DNA of 62,318 bases, filler included, from an uncultured bacterium (GTDB lineage: Bacteria > CAYJOG01), in the NCBI GenBank assembly GCA_964371695.1. It is 17 parts of 17 records of this genome, joined end to end, with 100 filler letters (N's around TTAATTAATTAA, not from the genome) between each part and the next. Parts side by side here need not be neighbours in the genome. Positions count along the whole stretch, not along the records: positions 58,900 to 62,318 come from CAYJOG010000383.1; 16 more parts are not named here. The stretch is one strand, 5' to 3'. Below are positions 59,582-62,318 of this stretch, in pieces (the first letter of the stretch is position 1; each line of letters begins with the position of its first letter). The notes under the pieces are model-generated. The model made no database searches. It was not told where the DNA came from and saw nothing but the letters and a program-made list of their open reading frames with translations. The translations under genes and the position numbers were made by a program.

Positions 59582-59613
59582 GATTCCAATTCCTCCTATC
59601 TGGAATTGGAATC
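59582..59613. terminator. 12-bp hairpin after nuoI (terminator or repeat)
   Basis: GATTCCAATTCC-N8-GGAATTGGAATC; no U-tract. Confidence 0.45.
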
Positions 59614-59640
59614 GGAATGAAGTAGGATTTTCACGGTGCC

Positions 59641-59919
59641 ATGGTCCAGTTCTCAAAAGTGCCCAAGGGGCTGAAACCCCCGTCTGTTTTTCCCCACAAC
59701 CTCACGCTGGCGGTGCGGTTTTACCGGGCCATGTTCGTGAACCCGAACCTGAACATTCTGGCGGCCATGGATCAGCAACTGGCCACGTCCCTGCACGCCC
59801 AGCCCGCCTTTTGGCTTGAAATTGACCGTCAATATCGCAAGAACCCCCGCACAGAAGTCCAGGCCCTGGTGAAGGAAGAACTCAAAAAAATTTTGGAGGC
59901 AAAAAACCTGGGTCAGTGA
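59641..59919 (+). CDS. Small hypothetical protein
   Basis: 92-aa ORF with host-like codon usage filling the gap between genes. Confidence 0.65.
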   Translation: MVQFSKVPKGLKPPSVFPHNLTLAVRFYRAMFVNPNLNILAAMDQQLATSLHAQPAFWLEIDRQYRKNPRTEVQALVKEELKKILEAKNLGQ

Positions 59920-59929
59920 CCCCGCCAGT

Positions 59930-60982
59930 TCACGCCAGGCCGTCCAGAATCGCCCACACCGGCAGGTGGTCGCTCAGGTGGCCCGCCTCCAGCGGCGACA
60001 CCACACCCGCCTTGCGCACCGTCAGACCCCGCTGAAAAATCAGGTCTATCACCACGCTCACACCCCAGCTTTTGTCGGTGGTGCCCCGGTGGCGGGCGGG
60101 CAGCGAGGCGTGGGCATCGGTCAACCCGGCCTCGCGCAGCACGCGGGTTGCGCCATCCACCGGCAGGCCGCTCAGCACATCCAGCGTATAAAAGGCGGTG
60201 TTCATGTCCCCCCCCACCACCACGGGGCCTCCAAAGTTTTTGGCGTGCTCGGCCAGTTCCTGCGCCTGCGAAATACGAAACCGTTCGTTCACCGGGTTGC
60301 TCGAAAAATGCACGGCGTAAAACCGGGCTATTTTGCCGCCGACATGAATGTCCGCCCCCACGGTGAGTACGCCCCCCAGGCGGGGTTGCTCGCTGTAGCC
60401 CGACCAGTCCTCAGACTGTCCATGGCGAATCTGACACAGGTTCTCCAGCGGAAACGGGCTGAGGATGGCGTTGCCGTGCTCACACACCGCATCAATCCGG
60501 TTCACCGGCAAATGGGCCTTTCGGGGCAGCTCCACATATTCCACGCCAAACACCATGTTCATGCCCAGGGCCTTGGCCAGGTCCCGCGCCACATGGCGAC
60601 AGCCGCTGCGCGAACACCCCCTGTCCAGTTCGTTCAACAACAACACGTGGGCTTTTTTCAGCACCGGGTGGGTTTTGAGCAGTGTGACCTGTTCTTCAAA
60701 ACACATGCCCCGCTCCAGGTTATAGGCGGCCACAACCAGACCACCCCCCGGCAGCAGCGGCGGCGGCTGGCGAGGGCCAAACTGCGCGGTTTCCAGGGGC
60801 GTGTGGATTCGCACCTTGTCGGCCACTTCCTCTGGCGCGTGGGCCAGCGCAAAAAGCGTGCCCTCCGGCGGGTCGCTCACCTTTTCGACATGGCGCACCG
60901 GCCCCGGCTGTTTGATGACGTTTTCCAGACGGTTGCCCGCCTCTCGCCCAAATGTCTCCAACGCACTTAACCAGTCGGCCAT
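59930..60982 (-). CDS. Endonuclease/exonuclease/phosphatase (EEP) family protein
   Basis: AYNLERG, LLNELDRGCSRSG, HGNAILS, VGGDMNT, IDLIF, SDHLPV. Confidence 0.9.
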   Translation of the reverse strand: MADWLSALETFGREAGNRLENVIKQPGPVRHVEKVSDPPEGTLFALAHAPEEVADKVRIHTPLETAQFGPRQPPPLLPGGGLVVAAYNLERGMCFEEQVTLLKTHPVLKKAHVLLLNELDRGCSRSGCRHVARDLAKALGMNMVFGVEYVELPRKAHLPVNRIDAVCEHGNAILSPFPLENLCQIRHGQSEDWSGYSEQPRLGGVLTVGADIHVGGKIARFYAVHFSSNPVNERFRISQAQELAEHAKNFGGPVVVGGDMNTAFYTLDVLSGLPVDGATRVLREAGLTDAHASLPARHRGTTDKSWGVSVVIDLIFQRGLTVRKAGVVSPLEAGHLSDHLPVWAILDGLA

Positions 60983-61002
60983 GGGGGATTATAAAAACAT
61001 CG

Positions 61003-61293
61003 CTAACCTTCTGCGGAGAGCAGAATTTCTCCCACCGCAGTGCTGGCGGAACCTTGACCGGCCAACTGGGCGATTTTCGCCAGTCCGCTCATCGCGCTGG
61101 TGTTCACCGGTTTGGCCCCGTCTCTTGAGAAATTGCCGCTGGCCGCACCACGCCCGGACTGGCCCAAAACACCCACCACATCCCCCGTTGCGCCACCCGT
61201 TCTGTCCATCACTGCCGCGGGGTTCACCACCCTGGCATAGGCCGACTGATAACGGCTGGCCGCTGCCGCTGAACTGACCGATGAAATACTCAT
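61003..61293 (-). CDS. Small Ser/Ala/Gly-rich hypothetical protein (96 aa)
   Basis: GGAGG RBS; MSISSVSSAAAASRYQ; preceded by a sigma54 box. Confidence 0.7.
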   Translation of the reverse strand: MSISSVSSAAAASRYQSAYARVVNPAAVMDRTGGATGDVVGVLGQSGRGAASGNFSRDGAKPVNTSAMSGLAKIAQLAGQGSASTAVGEILLSAEG

Positions 61294-61338
61294 GATTTTG
61301 CCTCCTGCAAAAACAATTTGTGCTGGAAGTTTGCAACC

Positions 61339-61353
61339 GCAAAAACCGTGCCA
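61339..61353 (-). promoter_or_regulatory. Sigma54 (-24/-12) promoter
   Basis: TGGCACG-GTTT-TTGC, 45 nt upstream of ATG 61293. Confidence 0.7.
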
Positions 61354-61459
61354 GATTCTTTCTAAACCTCCTGTTTCGCGTCCGCGCAAAAACGCCACAA
61401 AAAAACGCCGGTGTTTCTCCGACGTTTTCTGACAATCGTTTTGGTGAAAAATCTGGGCG

Positions 61460-62131
61460 TTATTCCTGGTGACCCATCCGCCCTTTTTTCTCATCCAGCA
61501 AGGTGCGCAGTTTTGTCATTTGTTCCGGCGTGAGCACCTTGCCCAGTTCAGCCTCCATTTTCTGGCGCATCTCCTGCCGCCGCGCTTTGCGCTCTTCGGG
61601 CGCAAGGCCCTGCATCTCCTGACGGTGAGCCTGCCGTTCGTCACGGTGAGCCTTCATGTTTTCATGGAGCTGTTTTTTCTGATCTTCGCTGAGGCCCAGT
61701 TGATCCAACACCTGGCGCAGCGGCCCGCCGCCCTCGCCTTTCTGGTGACGCACGGGGACACGGTTCTGGATGAAATCCTGCGCCTGGGCCAGTTGAGCGG
61801 GGGTGAGAATGGGCGTGACCGCCGCCTTGAGTTTTTCCAGCTCGGCCTTCACCTGCTCCCGTTTCTGCTCCGGCGCAAGACCCTGCTCGCGGATGCCCTT
61901 CATGGTCTGATGATGCGCCTTGATGAGGGGAATGAGCTTTTCTTTCTGCTCCTCAGAAAGACCCAGTTGCTGCATCAACCGGCCCAGGGGGTGTTGCCCG
62001 CCCGCCGCCTGCTTCTGCCCTCCCCAGGGCATGGCCAGCACCGGGCTGACAGGGGCCGCCAGCGGCAACACCAGCAGGCTGGCCAACATCAGGTTTTTCT
62101 TCCAGCGAATCAGTGAAAAGGTTACGTTCAT
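61460..62131 (-). CDS. Spy/CpxP-like periplasmic protein with two tandem LTxxQ modules
   Basis: GGAGG RBS, signal peptide, and QLGLSEEQK...ILTPAQ repeated as QLGLSEDQK...VLTPEQ. Confidence 0.85.
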   Translation of the reverse strand: MNVTFSLIRWKKNLMLASLLVLPLAAPVSPVLAMPWGGQKQAAGGQHPLGRLMQQLGLSEEQKEKLIPLIKAHHQTMKGIREQGLAPEQKREQVKAELEKLKAAVTPILTPAQLAQAQDFIQNRVPVRHQKGEGGGPLRQVLDQLGLSEDQKKQLHENMKAHRDERQAHRQEMQGLAPEERKARRQEMRQKMEAELGKVLTPEQMTKLRTLLDEKKGRMGHQE

Positions 62132-62173
62132 TTGATTTTCCTCCAGGTTTTTTGAACTTGCTTTGAACACTGA

Positions 62174-62199
62174 GACGCCGTTGCCGTGCAGGGGTTTAG
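62174..62199 (-). promoter_or_regulatory. ECF-sigma-type promoter candidate
   Basis: CTAAAC-N16-CGTC upstream of the Spy/CpxP-like gene. Confidence 0.45.
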
Positions 62200-62240
62200 A
62201 ACCTTTTCAGAATTTGTGTTGTGCCGTTGCATCCCTTTTA

Positions 62241-62295
62241 CGGGGACTCTGTCCCCGTACCCCTGCCGGGGGAACCGCTGTTCCCCCGGACCCCC
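62241..62295. repeat. Tandem GGGG/CCCC hairpins at contig end
   Basis: CGGGGAC..GTCCCCG and CCGGGGGAAC..GTTCCCCCGG, each followed by ACCCC. Confidence 0.55.
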
Positions 62296-62318
62296 AAAGC
62301 TTGGCGGTTCCTGACAGG

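Overview
The window is not one locus. It is 17 short contigs of about 3.4-3.7 kb from a draft or metagenome-assembled genome, joined by artificial 100-bp linkers (N44-TTAATTAATTAA-N44), so gene neighbourhood is only meaningful within a contig. The source is a GC-rich (about 60-65% by eye) bacterium with flagellar (flgL), type IV pilus (pilT) and complex I (nuo) genes; its lineage cannot be fixed from this window. Most genes are housekeeping, envelope or signalling genes: murB, nadC, rimK, rfbB, glgP/malQ, comF, asnB-like, GT4, a flippase, a two-component pair, a carbamoyltransferase with SxtJ/K-like partners, and a GMC oxidase. No rRNA, tRNA, CRISPR array or transposase was seen. Four signals stand out. 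(1) A dense set of palindromic REP/MITE-like repeats shows compensatory base changes, and two relatives sit in frame inside coding sequences: 144 bp in a SAM methyltransferase and 66 bp in a signal peptide, reminiscent of Rickettsia palindromic elements. (2) About 13 genes lacking an obvious Shine-Dalgarno motif have a TANNNT -10 hexamer 5-8 nt before the start codon, and flgL has a sigma28 box 7 nt before its start, suggesting widespread leaderless mRNAs. (3) A DUF483-like domain is fused to a radical SAM domain. (4) A large repetitive protein ends in a phage-tail-fibre-like domain. All family assignments come from motif recognition by eye; no searches were run.
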